DNA of 64,000 nt from an uncultured delta proteobacterium (GCA_963789265.1 CAWBKB010000001.1:320001-384000), one strand, 5' to 3'; counted from the stretch's first letter, positions 1-11,974 are shown. Notes: generated by a model not told the origin, from the letters alone. Numbers and translations: made by a program.

Positions 1-1
1 T

Positions 2-1683
<1,682 letters not shown>

Positions 1684-1871
1684 TGCGGAGCTTCAAGAGC
1701 CGCATCAACACCCGTTCCAAATGATGTGTTTTGCGAACTCGCTCTGGGCATCAGGCGTCCAGGCCCTACTCCACAGAAAAGCAATCATGTTGTTATATTA
1801 TTCCAGGAGGTTACATTTGGTGCGAGAACCCAGGCTTTTTATGTCAGCTTCAGGTTCGCAACCGTCTTCCG
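1684..1871 (-). promoter_or_regulatory. CRISPR leader
   Basis: Non-coding gap between the cas2 stop and the first repeat; carries GCGAAC/GTTCGC motifs typical of I-C leaders. Confidence 0.8.
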
Positions 1872-2162
1872 CTACACAAAAAGAGGTCCCTCTGGATCGT
1901 ACGGTTGTTTCGCGCCTACATGATCCACCCGGCGCTTCCAGTTTTTCCCTAAATAATAGAATCGGAGGCTGTCCAGGTTTGGATCGATTTTCCTTTCCAA
2001 TCGGTCCTTGAGGATAACCCACTCCGCCGGGTCAACCAGACATTCGAACACGGATTTCTGAACTCGTTGACACATGTTTTCGCAAATCCTTGCCACGTGG
2101 CGAAGTCTTTTCCGACCTTCCGGAGTCCCTACATTCACATCGTAGGTCACAAGCACAAGCAT
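1872..2162 (-). CDS. cas2: CRISPR-associated endonuclease Cas2
   Basis: MLVLVTYDV...RVQKSVFEC...DSLRFYYLG; 96 aa from ATG 2162. Confidence 0.97.
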   Translation of the reverse strand: MLVLVTYDVNVGTPEGRKRLRHVARICENMCQRVQKSVFECLVDPAEWVILKDRLERKIDPNLDSLRFYYLGKNWKRRVDHVGAKQPYDPEGPLFV

Positions 2163-2169
2163 GACGATT

Positions 2170-3201
2170 CTACCTCCAAAAAAATGGGGGATACCCATCC
2201 AAGTCTCCCCTCACATATCGAGCGAACAAAAGCGCCTGTGTGTGCACAAGCAGTCCTGTACGAACTTTCTCTCCCAGGAAAGGGTGTGTGATTTCCTCCT
2301 TCTTGCGATCCTGATAAGCTGTCAGGACTTTCTTCCTCGTTTCGTCATCCATGAGCACGGCCCCGCTTTCAGTGTGCTTTAAGCCTTTGCCTCGGATTTG
2401 CTGCCGATTCACTAAAGATAAGGCTAGCCGATCTACAAGCACCGGCCGAAACTCCTCCATGAGATCCAACGCCAGACTCGGTCGGCCAGGCCGGTCTTCG
2501 TGCAAAAAACCGACACAGGGATCCAAACCAACCGCCTCCAGAGACGAAACTACGTCATGAGTCAAGACAGAATACAGAAACGAGAGCAGAGCATTTATAT
2601 TGTCCAGCGGGGGACGCCTATTGCGCCCGGTAAATGTAAAATCCTCCTTTTGTGCGATGATTAGATGATCAAAAACCTGGAAATAGTGCCTGGCCGCTTC
2701 TCCCTCCAGTGCTCGGATTGTTTCCAGCGGCGGCCCGTCTTGCAGCGCCTCCACGATTGCGGCCAACTTTGCAGCAGCCTCTCCGACGCACGCTTGATCG
2801 ATTTTGTCCGAATGGTCTCGGACCGCGCGGAGAAGAACATGTCTGCTATTGAGGACCTTTGCAATGACAATCGAACGTGCCACAGCCACACACGTCTGCG
2901 GGTCGTCGGCTTTACGATAGTGCTCTTTTCTTAACAACACATTGCCGTGAACAGGGCCCTGAACTCTTGCCCAGAAGCGCCCGGTCATGCTCATGAATGA
3001 TATGTTTACCTGATGGGCGCAGCACAGATCCATCAGAGGTTGGCTGCATGTCACTCGCCCAAAACACACAATCCCGTCCAGAGTATGGATTGGCACTCTA
3101 AGCCTTGTCTCGTCTCCCATCTGCACTTTTACCGTGTCACCGTCTCGGGAAAGGTAAGATCCTTCAGTCATGACGTACAATGTGTTAAGCACACGCTTCA
3201 T
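2170..3201 (-). CDS. cas1: Type I-C Cas1
   Basis: MKRVLNTLYV...EGEAA..YF, RNRRPPLDNINALLSFLY, GFLHEDRPGRPSLALDLMEEFR, C-terminal YPPFFWR; 343 aa. Confidence 0.97.
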   Translation of the reverse strand: MKRVLNTLYVMTEGSYLSRDGDTVKVQMGDETRLRVPIHTLDGIVCFGRVTCSQPLMDLCCAHQVNISFMSMTGRFWARVQGPVHGNVLLRKEHYRKADDPQTCVAVARSIVIAKVLNSRHVLLRAVRDHSDKIDQACVGEAAAKLAAIVEALQDGPPLETIRALEGEAARHYFQVFDHLIIAQKEDFTFTGRNRRPPLDNINALLSFLYSVLTHDVVSSLEAVGLDPCVGFLHEDRPGRPSLALDLMEEFRPVLVDRLALSLVNRQQIRGKGLKHTESGAVLMDDETRKKVLTAYQDRKKEEITHPFLGEKVRTGLLVHTQALLFARYVRGDLDGYPPFFWR

Positions 3202-3203
3202 GG

Positions 3204-3941
3204 TTAAATCTCCATCGCTTCCCGGATCATCCGTCGAATATAGGCGTGAACCTTGGACCGATGGCTCGTGATTTTGGGCATACATGAGTCAAGGAGCGAG
3301 CACTTTTTGCATTTGTTCTCGTACTTGGCCTGAGGCGTTATACCCGATCGCATTATCTCGTGGAGCCGCAAGGCAGTGGTGACCGTTTCAGATCTGAGAG
3401 CCGCGTCGAACTCCACTTCCAGTCTCCTTGCAGTTTCTCCAAAGAAGATTGCCCCGCGCTCCACCCTGACTTCGAGCATCTCCTCCAAGCACATTGCCTG
3501 AGCGCAGACCTGCACCTCGAAGCTCCTATTCGAGCGCAGTCGGCCGCGCTTATACTCCACGGGATAAGGACGCCACTGTCCTGTGGCGCCAGGCAGACTG
3601 ACGCTCCTAGGTTGATCATCGACTGACGTCTCTGCCGCAGACACTCCCACTCGGTGGAATTCCACTACGTCGGCTTTACCTGACAGGCCGAGTTGAAGCG
3701 AGCGAATCAAAAGCCCGCGGGCTATGCGAAGATCCCCGCGTACCTCCGTTTTTGTAAGGCTGTGGACTCGCTCATGTCCCACCGTGCCTTCGGCAGTGAA
3801 CACATTGTCGCCCCACAAACCCTCAAGATGCACCAGTGCCGCACGACGTTCGCAGAAACTCAAATGCTGTAACCCGGATAGGGGCAGGATAGCTTCTTCG
3901 CTGAACCTGAAACTCGCTCCAACATTATACGATTGTACCAC
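3204..3941 (-). CDS. cas4: Cas4 exonuclease
   Basis: LQHLSFCER, GKADVVE, PVEYKRG, QVCAQAMCLEEM, CKKCSLLDSC Fe-S cysteines; start uncertain. Confidence 0.95.
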   Translation of the reverse strand: MVQSYNVGASFRFSEEAILPLSGLQHLSFCERRAALVHLEGLWGDNVFTAEGTVGHERVHSLTKTEVRGDLRIARGLLIRSLQLGLSGKADVVEFHRVGVSAAETSVDDQPRSVSLPGATGQWRPYPVEYKRGRLRSNRSFEVQVCAQAMCLEEMLEVRVERGAIFFGETARRLEVEFDAALRSETVTTALRLHEIMRSGITPQAKYENKCKKCSLLDSCMPKITSHRSKVHAYIRRMIREAMEI

Positions 3942-6127
3942 AGTCCTCGTGCCTCAACTTCTCCAGGTACTCCTGCCATGTAGCCGAGAAAATCGTCATA
4001 CAGTAGCTTCCAGCAGTACAGATCACGGAACCCCGCAACCTTCGTCAACGCGTATTCGACTTCCCTGTAACGCCAGATTTGAACGCTCAATTGCTGAAAA
4101 ATGCTGGTGTCCACTTGCTCATGCTCTCTAAGTTTTTCTAGCAAATCTTGGTCTACAACGGCTGTAACCGTATCGGAATCAATGACGGTGAAGTTCTCGG
4201 AGACAACGGGGAATTGCAGATTTCGTTCCGCCTTCGAAATTACATCAGAAATATCTCTCAGTTCCTGTTGCCGCACTTCCCGTCGCATAGCTTCAGTCGA
4301 TGCTTCGGCACACACTCTTCCTTCGTCAAACAGTTCCCCCAGAATCCTGGCGGGGACATCAAAGCCAGGATGCCTTTTGAGAAACCCGCCATGCTTCAAC
4401 TCGAAATCCCAGACGGTAGAATCGGGGTATTCTCCCTCTCGGCTAACGCGACCTCCCACTTGAATTAAGCTGTTGAGGCTGCATCGCTCCCGTAAGGCGT
4501 TGCGAAAAGACAAATTAACACCCGCTTCCACGCAAGAGGTGGCCACTAGCGTCCAATCATCATCTGCGAGAGCGTACAGACGTCTCTTGACTCGATCAAG
4601 AGTGATTTTTCGGTCCCGAGGGCAGAGCGATGTTGACAAATGTTCCACCTTGTTTCGACCACAGCGTCGGTCGATGTCTTTGGCCAGCACTGCGGCGGAT
4701 TGGACCGTATTGACAATCAAAAGCCGAGGGCCAGCTATCTCTGGCAACCATCGAAGCAGGCTCTCCTCACTCAATAAATCAGCCCTGGATTGGTATGTTA
4801 CGCGTCGCTTTTCATACTTTGAGAGTTTGGCTTTGATCTCTGCAGGAACGAGTTCGGGCAGGTCGACAGGCCTTTCCGAGAACTCCTGAAGTTGCCAGAA
4901 CCTATTCAGAGAACCAGAACCGAGCACGAAATGGCAACCCCAATCCGATTCCAACTCGCGTAGCCACTCCCATGCCTGCGGCCACAAATGTGTTGGAAGA
5001 GCCGCGTGGGCTTCATCGATGAAGACCGCTGAACCAGGCAGTTGATGGAGTTTGCGGAGACTGCCAGGACGATTTGCCGCTAAAGTTTCGAAAAACTGGA
5101 CAGCAGTGGTGACCACGATGGGGGCTTTCCATAGAAACGAGAGATGCCTCGATTCAAGATCTTCGAATTCTGCTTTGTGATGATGCGCTGCAACAACATC
5201 TGCTTGCAGCTCATTAGGTCTTACTAAGGCACGGCGGTATACCTTTACCGACTGATCAATAATGTTGGTGAAGGGCAATACCACGAAGATCCGACGAAGC
5301 CCTTTCGCTTGGGCAGCATGAAGAAGGTGAGCCATCACAGCGGTAGTCTTGCCAGTCCCTACGGCGCTGTCACAAGCATAAAACCCGGGACGAGGATCAG
5401 CATTGCTGCAGGCCTGATAAACTTCGCGGCGAAGAACGTTGCGCTCATGTTCCTCTTCTCCCAGGCCACTGACATACTCATTCAATAGCGTCAGGCGATA
5501 ATCAGGGTTTAGCGGTGGACCACAGCGCGAGACGATCTTGCCCTCGTGCCTCGCACTATCGTAATGGTCCGCATCGACCAGACATGACAGGGCCACACGA
5601 TAGGCGAGCGAAGGGAGGGGCGAGGGCCTGCTAGGGGACATGTAGTCTTCTTGATGAATCAGCATACCAACGGCTTTGTCGTGTGTCCCCAGATAATTAT
5701 GGAGGCGCTGGTCTGTAATAGATTTGATGTTCAAGTCTCTGAACACTTTGCCCGGCCCATTCAGACGCTGATCCTGAAAATCGGGCAATCCTTTATGATG
5801 GGAGTAAACGGCACAAGCGGCGAGCAGGTTGTTAATGCTTGGCTCAAAAAGGCGTGCAACGCCCGCGTCCACATGATTGATGGGCAGTCTTTTTGCCCGG
5901 AATGCCGACGCCAGTACCTTTTGATTCGCAGGCTCCAACTTCCCTAAATCATGAAATTGCGCCGCAAGACGGATAGCCTCTACAAACCGATCTGCATCGC
6001 CGTGCCAGTATTTCACTGCCTCAAGTGCATTTGTACAAGCGAGTTCTGTTACTCCACAGACATGGTCAGCGTAAGATTGAGGTGGAATGCCCCGCTGGGG
6101 GCGCGAACTGTGCGCAAGTGGTTCCAT
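3860..6127 (-). CDS. cas3: Cas3 HD nuclease-helicase
   Basis: HD motifs (YADHV, FHDLGK, SHHKGL, LVDADH), GTGKT, DEAH, QVGGRVSR; the long overlap with cas4 suggests a 1-nt indel near 3970 with the true stop near 3926. Confidence 0.95.
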   Translation of the reverse strand: MEPLAHSSRPQRGIPPQSYADHVCGVTELACTNALEAVKYWHGDADRFVEAIRLAAQFHDLGKLEPANQKVLASAFRAKRLPINHVDAGVARLFEPSINNLLAACAVYSHHKGLPDFQDQRLNGPGKVFRDLNIKSITDQRLHNYLGTHDKAVGMLIHQEDYMSPSRPSPLPSLAYRVALSCLVDADHYDSARHEGKIVSRCGPPLNPDYRLTLLNEYVSGLGEEEHERNVLRREVYQACSNADPRPGFYACDSAVGTGKTTAVMAHLLHAAQAKGLRRIFVVLPFTNIIDQSVKVYRRALVRPNELQADVVAAHHHKAEFEDLESRHLSFLWKAPIVVTTAVQFFETLAANRPGSLRKLHQLPGSAVFIDEAHAALPTHLWPQAWEWLRELESDWGCHFVLGSGSLNRFWQLQEFSERPVDLPELVPAEIKAKLSKYEKRRVTYQSRADLLSEESLLRWLPEIAGPRLLIVNTVQSAAVLAKDIDRRCGRNKVEHLSTSLCPRDRKITLDRVKRRLYALADDDWTLVATSCVEAGVNLSFRNALRERCSLNSLIQVGGRVSREGEYPDSTVWDFELKHGGFLKRHPGFDVPARILGELFDEGRVCAEASTEAMRREVRQQELRDISDVISKAERNLQFPVVSENFTVIDSDTVTAVVDQDLLEKLREHEQVDTSIFQQLSVQIWRYREVEYALTKVAGFRDLYCWKLLYDDFLGYMAGVPGEVEARGLWYNRIMLERVSGSAKKLSCPYPGYSI

Positions 6128-7000
6128 TTAGACCTCGCTCATGAGATCCCGCAAACAAGCTATCTTGCTCTTAAGATTGTCCGGTAAGGCAGCGGGAACT
6201 TTATATTCCTCCCACGTATTGGAAGGCCTTTCAGGATCGCCACTCTTCTTCGGTGTGAGGGCGGCAATCAGCTCAAAATCGGAACAAGACCCCAAAGGGG
6301 ATTTATGCTCAATGTACCATGCATGTCGGATACCGACAAATGGTCGAACATAAGACGCAGTATGAGCATAGGCGTACGGAATGATTCGCAGCAACAATTC
6401 GATGTCTTGTTTTGAACATCCCGTCTTTTTGGCTGCAGTGGGATTGATGAAAAAAGGCATGCAATAAACGCCATGCCGGACGATGCGGTAGGCGAGCGGA
6501 GCCATACCACGATCTTTTCCTTCCTGGACACCAGCTTTACTGGTGTTGGTCATTCGTTCAACCAGGATTGGTGCCACTGAAACTCCCAATCCAAATTGGA
6601 CCACTCCGGTCTTAATAGAAGTCGAAGCGCCCTGTTCCAGGAAAGTGTTACCAAAAATGCGGCCGTCCCAATACTTGGCGGCGAACGTGCCAGTCTTGAT
6701 TTCCTGCTCAATTTCCTTACGTTCTCTGCCGCGACTTTCCAAAATGTGATGCTGTTCCGCCGACAGAGGAGGAGAGAAACTGCCGGAAATTTGCTGCCAG
6801 ACTGGACCGTCTTTGTCTGCCACTAAATCGCGAGCCTTGCGCTTAAAGGATACAGGGGAGATCTCGCCGTTCTCATCGCTGCGCTGACGCGGATCACTCT
6901 CCTGGTTTGGATTGCCATTTGGATTTGAATTGATTACTTCAATGACCAACAGGCCTGTGGCCCGAACGATGGTCTCATCATTGTTGTCATGAACGGACAT
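6128..7000 (-). CDS. cas7: Cas7 backbone subunit (Csd2-like)
   Basis: NSNPNGNP...DPR, SPVSFKRKARD, YWDGRIFG, TGVVQFG. Confidence 0.9.
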   Translation of the reverse strand: MSVHDNNDETIVRATGLLVIEVINSNPNGNPNQESDPRQRSDENGEISPVSFKRKARDLVADKDGPVWQQISGSFSPPLSAEQHHILESRGRERKEIEQEIKTGTFAAKYWDGRIFGNTFLEQGASTSIKTGVVQFGLGVSVAPILVERMTNTSKAGVQEGKDRGMAPLAYRIVRHGVYCMPFFINPTAAKKTGCSKQDIELLLRIIPYAYAHTASYVRPFVGIRHAWYIEHKSPLGSCSDFELIAALTPKKSGDPERPSNTWEEYKVPAALPDNLKSKIACLRDLMSEV

Positions 7001-7409
7001 TTAAAACCTCCTTTTCTGGATTCTGGGCAGAACTGGTGTCGTCTTCTGACGCTTTGTCTTCGGATCGAGCGATATACCCCAACAGCATCTGGGCCTTATC
7101 TAAGTCATTTGTGCGATCTGACAAATCAAGCTTGGCGAGTTTGTTACAAACACTCCCCATCTCTTTGAGCGACCACTTGGCTAAACGAGAGTCATCGCCC
7201 TGAATCTTGTTTGCCCATGCCTGATAGATCATCAATCGCTCGCGTAGCCTGGCCAGCCCTCTCACGGGATTGTCGATCGCAGAAGGCATGAGTGCATTGC
7301 CGATCAGTTGTGGCGGGATGTCACCACTGCGCACATGGACGCAATACTCCTTGTGGAGCAGGTCAGCGAGCGCCAGAAGGCGCCCCACCAGAAACGGCGC
7401 GGTGTGCAT
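6987..7409 (-). CDS. cas11: Putative Cas11 small subunit translated from an internal start in cas8
   Basis: AAAGGAG-tatac-ATG in frame within cas8, giving a 140-aa product MHTAPFLVGRLLALAD... Confidence 0.7.
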   Translation of the reverse strand: MHTAPFLVGRLLALADLLHKEYCVHVRSGDIPPQLIGNALMPSAIDNPVRGLARLRERLMIYQAWANKIQGDDSRLAKWSLKEMGSVCNKLAKLDLSDRTNDLDKAQMLLGYIARSEDKASEDDTSSAQNPEKEVLNVRS

Positions 7410-9133
7410 GTATACTCCTTTCGAGAGATTCTGTTTGTGTAGAAGTAACCCCAAGATGCTTGGCATAAGACTCGCTTGTTTTGAATCGAGTTTGGTCGTG
7501 CCGTCGCGACGATGGTCGGCATGGCCAAGAGCCAGGAATAGAGGCTTTGCGTTTGTTACCGCCAGAGATAGCCCCCGGCTAACTATTCCGCGCAAGGAAG
7601 CGTCGGTTTCCAATAGAAGTCCAACGCCTTCACCAATTCCAAGGCCATGAACATTGTTCATCCTTGTGCCCCCCTGAAGCCATGCCACGTTGAGACACCT
7701 GACTACCTCTGCAGGGAATGGAGTGATGGGCTCTATTCGGATTGGGTTGTCGTTCGACCCGATATTCAAACTGATGGGGGGTATGTTTTTGCATCCACTT
7801 CGCCATTTCCGTGCTCCTAGAATAAGCGCTTTCGCATCGTATTTTTTGCTAACCAGCACTTTGGTTCTGGCTTTGTCGGCCTTGGCGAGCACGAAGATCC
7901 TAATTTCCAGAGCGGATTGCTCCGCTACTTTCAGTTCAAGGGCTGATGTCACTCGTGCGGCAGCAGACTCAAATTTTGATCCATCCGGGTCAAGAGCCTC
8001 ATCATTTCTGTCAAAAACTCCAGCTAATTCAGGAGGGTCTTCTCCCAGAGATGACGGATAGGCAAAAAGTAGTCCTGGCACAGGAACATTCTTCCCGTCT
8101 CTTTTTGTAAATCCACAAGCCCCTGAGGCATTTGCCCAAGTCTTCCCCTCGCGCTCTGGCTCGCCAAGCCATTCCAAGGATTTCTTCATTGCCTCCTGCG
8201 CCCTACGCCCCGCAGAGAAGCTCTTGGAGCCTATCTCACCGTATCTTTTCTGGCACAGTGATTCCTTGTTCATGGCTCTTAGTATTGTATCGCCAATCAC
8301 GGGAAGCCTTACTGAAGGATATTTCTCTTTCAGATCTTCATTCGCTAGTGGCCAACCAAATGCATCCTTTCCAGACGGAAGCTGCTCCGTTCTGCGGCTC
8401 CTGAACGCTCCATAAGTGTTTCGTTGATCCATGAAAAGATTATTGAGTGATTTGCCGGATACGGAAAAGACGAGCGGTCGGCTAGCTCAAGGACAACCGG
8501 GACTTTTTGGACTTCTTTGATAGTTTTTGCTGGTACAACAAGAATATCCATCCAAGCGTCCCCCACTCCCGGGCGGTTTGGTAACTCGTTAATGATAAGG
8601 TGCTTGAGCGACTCTTGAAGTACGTCGACGTTCACCGAGGCCGAGCGCCGCACCAGTTCCCCGAATGCTGCAAGATCCGGGGGAAGCCGATCCACAGCCT
8701 GACCCAATTGCTCGGTCAAACCGGCAGATACCAGGCATCTGCTGATGCGAACCTTCTCATCATGTTCCCAAGCGGATGCGCATTCGTGCCAGAGCAGATG
8801 TACATGAGAAAGCAAAGCTGTGTTGTCAATCGGCTGGCGCTTAGCAAGCAATTTGAGGTTGTTCAAAATTTCGTTGGCCTTTTCGCTTTGGGCGTACAGC
8901 AAAGGGTTGATGTTAAATGCTGGAAATGAGAAGTTGTTTGAAGCGCCGTACTTCATGAAGGAGGGCATCCGTTCGGCCACAATTGGTTCAATGTCACAGG
9001 CAGTACCGTCGACCCCAATCAACACAAGGAAGCCCCTCATTTTTTTGCATTTCTTGTAATGGCGATGCCGAGAGGCTCTACTGACCCCCGCTGATTCCAT
9101 ACTCACGTTTAGTTCGAACGACTCATTTAGCAT
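6987..9133 (-). CDS. cas8c: Cas8 large subunit, frameshifted near 8390 (ORFs 8345-9133 and 6987-8432)
   Basis: Lies between cas5 and cas7; two overlapping ORFs join to about 715 aa; C-terminal FLVGRLLALAD helical domain. Confidence 0.8.
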
Positions 9134-9767
9134 AGCGGAGGGTCCCCCTCTCGATTTTCACGTCCTGATCGTAGATCGGATTGTATTTGCACCGTTTGCC
9201 GGCTGGAAAACACGTCCGAAGCATGCTTGGAACGACAAGATTAATGTCAGTACAGACTAGGGTCTTCTCTCGAAAGTGTCCAACGTAGTCCGGGGTAAAT
9301 TCTTTCCATCCCATGAACGGGGTGGAGAAAAATTGCCCATGGTTCAGGCGGCGTTTAAAAACCTCTTCGTAAGCATGCGCACCATTGGTTGTTCCAACAT
9401 TCTGTTTTCCCGGCCGGCCATGATTGGCATATCCGTTTGGTTCGGACCTAACGTCCGCGTACAAGCGATAACAGACATTTATGAGGACGCTAGCGACGAG
9501 CTGAAAGCTGCCACCAGTTTTCATTATTTTGCTTTTTCTTAGCGGTCCCCCATAATTGGTTGTGTAGCTGTGGTATACGATGGGACGGCAAATCTCCACC
9601 TTGATGGGCACAACCTCTGCCCATTGGCTCCAAAGGATGCACTCGAACATTCCTTTGACCGCGCCCGACGTCGGAGCTGGATAGCTTACAGGGACATCCC
9701 CGGTGTCCGGCCGGGTCCACATGGCTGTGGGCCCTGAGACTTCCAATGCCACCGAGTAGTTTTTCAT
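9123..9767 (-). CDS. cas5: Cas5 (I-C-like)
   Basis: LEVSGPTAMWTRPD, SYPAPTSGAVKGMFECI, PFMGWKEF. Confidence 0.9.
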   Translation of the reverse strand: MKNYSVALEVSGPTAMWTRPDTGDVPVSYPAPTSGAVKGMFECILWSQWAEVVPIKVEICRPIVYHSYTTNYGGPLRKSKIMKTGGSFQLVASVLINVCYRLYADVRSEPNGYANHGRPGKQNVGTTNGAHAYEEVFKRRLNHGQFFSTPFMGWKEFTPDYVGHFREKTLVCTDINLVVPSMLRTCFPAGKRCKYNPIYDQDVKIERGTLRYAK

Positions 9768-9879
9768 ATCAAACCTCCTCTCTTGGCAACAGGCTGCCGG
9801 CTTTAAGTATTTTGATCCCGTTATGAGCCGCCATTCTGGTGATCCCTCTGATTGTACTAGAAACGTTTGTCAAATACGG

Positions 9880-10908
9880 TCAAAGACGCGAAAGTTTTTT
9901 GGTAAAAACTTCGCGAACTGGTACGGACTCTTCGTATTTTGCTTCTGCCTTGCGCAACTCATCCCTTAATCGAGTTCGAAACGAGTCCGGCGCCAGCACC
10001 TCAGCCGTGGAGCCAAACCCGAGAATCCAGGACATGATTTCATAGTTGATCGGGACTTCTAGTGTGATCTCAAGCTCGCCGTTGCTAATCTCTCTGGTTT
10101 CCTGCGTCGGGTGCCATATTCGCTCACGCACTATATGGGAAACTTCCGGGGCGAACCGCACTTTGATCTTTTGAGGCTCTCCCCTCATCACGTGAAACGC
10201 GGTTTGAAGATACTCTTCTAACTTGAAATCCTTGGGGAAATGGAAAGTTTCGGTCAGGACCGAGAAGCCCTTGATTCGGTCCATGGCAAAGGTTCGGATC
10301 GTGTGCCTGACATGACAAAAGCCGATGAGGTAAAAGCCGCCGTTCATCACCCAAACTTGATAGGGATCGATCTTCCTTTTGGTCTCCCGGCCGGTTGAGA
10401 CAGCACCGTACAGGATTTCGACTCTTCTTTTCCCGGCCGTGGCCTCGCTGAGTGCCTTGATGGCTTCTTTCATCCCGGGCAGTCTTTTGGCCGGTCCGAG
10501 ACAGATTTTGAGCTTCCCGGAAATGTTCTCCACATATTGGAGGACCTCCGGCGCAAGAGCGGATTTAACCTTTTGGAAAAGAGACTCAATGCTTTCGTGA
10601 AAGATTGTCCCCTGAAAAATGCTGAGCAGGTCCCGGCTGATATGAAGAGCCATCAACTCCGTGGTGGTCAAAGGAAGAGGGAAATTTTGCTTGAAGGTGT
10701 TAAGGAGCTTCCAATAAGAAGTTTTGCCCACCCGCTCCGTGTAGATGGGAAAACCGGCTTCCTGTATGGCTTCGAAATCCCGGTACACGGTTCTCAGAGG
10801 GATTTCGAGTTCCTTGGCCAACTGGCCTCCGGTTATCCCTCGCTTGCGAGATTCGATTATCCGGAGAATCTTCCACTGCCGCGCAAGTTGGGTCCCCCTC
10901 ATGTCCAT
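9880..10908 (-). CDS. HTH-WYL transcriptional regulator
   Basis: N-terminal HTH (LAKELEIPLRTVYRD), WYL core (RKIDPY..FYLIGFCH..IRTFAMDRI), WCX tail (WILGFG..EVLAP). Confidence 0.93.
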   Translation of the reverse strand: MDMRGTQLARQWKILRIIESRKRGITGGQLAKELEIPLRTVYRDFEAIQEAGFPIYTERVGKTSYWKLLNTFKQNFPLPLTTTELMALHISRDLLSIFQGTIFHESIESLFQKVKSALAPEVLQYVENISGKLKICLGPAKRLPGMKEAIKALSEATAGKRRVEILYGAVSTGRETKRKIDPYQVWVMNGGFYLIGFCHVRHTIRTFAMDRIKGFSVLTETFHFPKDFKLEEYLQTAFHVMRGEPQKIKVRFAPEVSHIVRERIWHPTQETREISNGELEITLEVPINYEIMSWILGFGSTAEVLAPDSFRTRLRDELRKAEAKYEESVPVREVFTKKLSRL

Positions 10909-11001
10909 ACCTCTGTTCAGCTATCGAAAGATGCGCTATGGAAGCGGCTGAATCATATCACACTTCTATAAATGATCGCAATCTTTAAATATTGCTACGC
11001 G
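10884..11001. repeat. Copy 1 of an approx. 117-bp direct repeat (WYL start codons plus upstream region)
   Basis: First 35 nt identical to 11730-11764; the rest aligns with mismatches up to 11846. Confidence 0.9.
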
Positions 11002-11032
11002 ATGGTCGGATTGGAAAAAGATGCGGCTTCGG

Positions 11033-11386
11033 TCATTTCTTCTTCCCGCCTTCATGCGGCATCAGGGCCTTCAACTGCTGCAAAAGAGCCGGCAGATCGT
11101 TCCGAATCGTCTTCCAGACGCGGCCCCAGTCCACGCTGTCGTATCCGTGCACAAGCCGATGGCGCATTCCGATGATGCTTACCCACGGAATATCAGCGTG
11201 GGTGTTTTGAAATATGCGGTCCACGCGGTTTGCAGCTTCTCCCAAAATGACGATCTGGCTGAAGATCGCCCACTGAACAGGTTCATTATTGATGAACTGC
11301 GCTTCGTTCAATCCGGAGGAGAGTCTTTGAGCCCTTTCGACGGCCTGAATCATATCGAAGATGGCAGCGTACGGATCATGCGGCAT
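11033..11386 (-). CDS. HEPN (DUF86/HepT-like) RNase toxin
   Basis: ILGEAA, IPW..IIGMRHRLVHGY (Rx4HxY motif). Confidence 0.92.
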   Translation of the reverse strand: MPHDPYAAIFDMIQAVERAQRLSSGLNEAQFINNEPVQWAIFSQIVILGEAANRVDRIFQNTHADIPWVSIIGMRHRLVHGYDSVDWGRVWKTIRNDLPALLQQLKALMPHEGGKKK

Positions 11387-11690
11387 AGACTACCTCCGCG
11401 GAATTGAGGATGGCGTCCCGCCGTATCGGATTGGCACTACGCTCAAGGTTTTTCCGGTCCACAAGGTCAACCTTTCGCCCAAAGAGCAGTGAAAACTCCT
11501 CCTGGGCCCGCGCAAGGTCCATAAGCGACCATTGCTCATCGGCATCGAACTCGGCCAAGAGGTCAATGTCGCTATCGGGGCCAAGCCGGCCGGTGCGAGC
11601 CGAGCCGAAAAGTTCCAGGCGGTGGATCTTCCACTTCCGGCATATCCTCTGCAATGCTTTGTCCGGGACTTCCAAGTCAGCAATTCTCAT
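11376..11690 (-). CDS. Minimal nucleotidyltransferase (MntA-like) antitoxin
   Basis: LFGSAR...SDIDLL, GRKVDLV; overlaps the HEPN gene. Confidence 0.92.
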   Translation of the reverse strand: MRIADLEVPDKALQRICRKWKIHRLELFGSARTGRLGPDSDIDLLAEFDADEQWSLMDLARAQEEFSLLFGRKVDLVDRKNLERSANPIRRDAILNSAEVVYAA

Positions 11691-11729
11691 TTCTTCATGC
11701 CTTCTTTCCTTTTGTCTTCGTCCCGGGCA

Positions 11730-11846
11730 CAAGTTGGGTCCCCCTCATGTCCATACCTCTGTTCGGAAATCAAAAGATGCACTATGGAAGCCCTTGAATC
11801 TTATCACATTTTGTAACTTATCGAAACTTTTAAGTACTGTTGAGCG
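11730..11846. repeat. Copy 2 of the WYL-start/promoter direct repeat
   Basis: Matches 10884-11001. Confidence 0.9.
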
Positions 11847-11887
11847 TAACCATTCACTCTCGCGGGGGAAGAACCACGGGGCTTGTT

Positions 11888-11974
11888 TGTCATTGCGAGC
11901 GCAGCGAAGCAATCTCGTTGGATTTACTGGATTAAAAGAGAGATTGCTTCGTCACTTCGCTCCTCGCAATGACA
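11888..11974. repeat. REP-like palindromic element (TGTCATTGCGAG...CTCGCAATGACA)
   Basis: Inverted ends with an inner GAAGCAATCTC/GAGATTGCTTC stem; second copy at 16361-16443. Confidence 0.85.

Noticed and set aside
8345..9133. Separate novel cas gene
   Set aside because: Better explained as the N-terminal part of a frameshifted cas8
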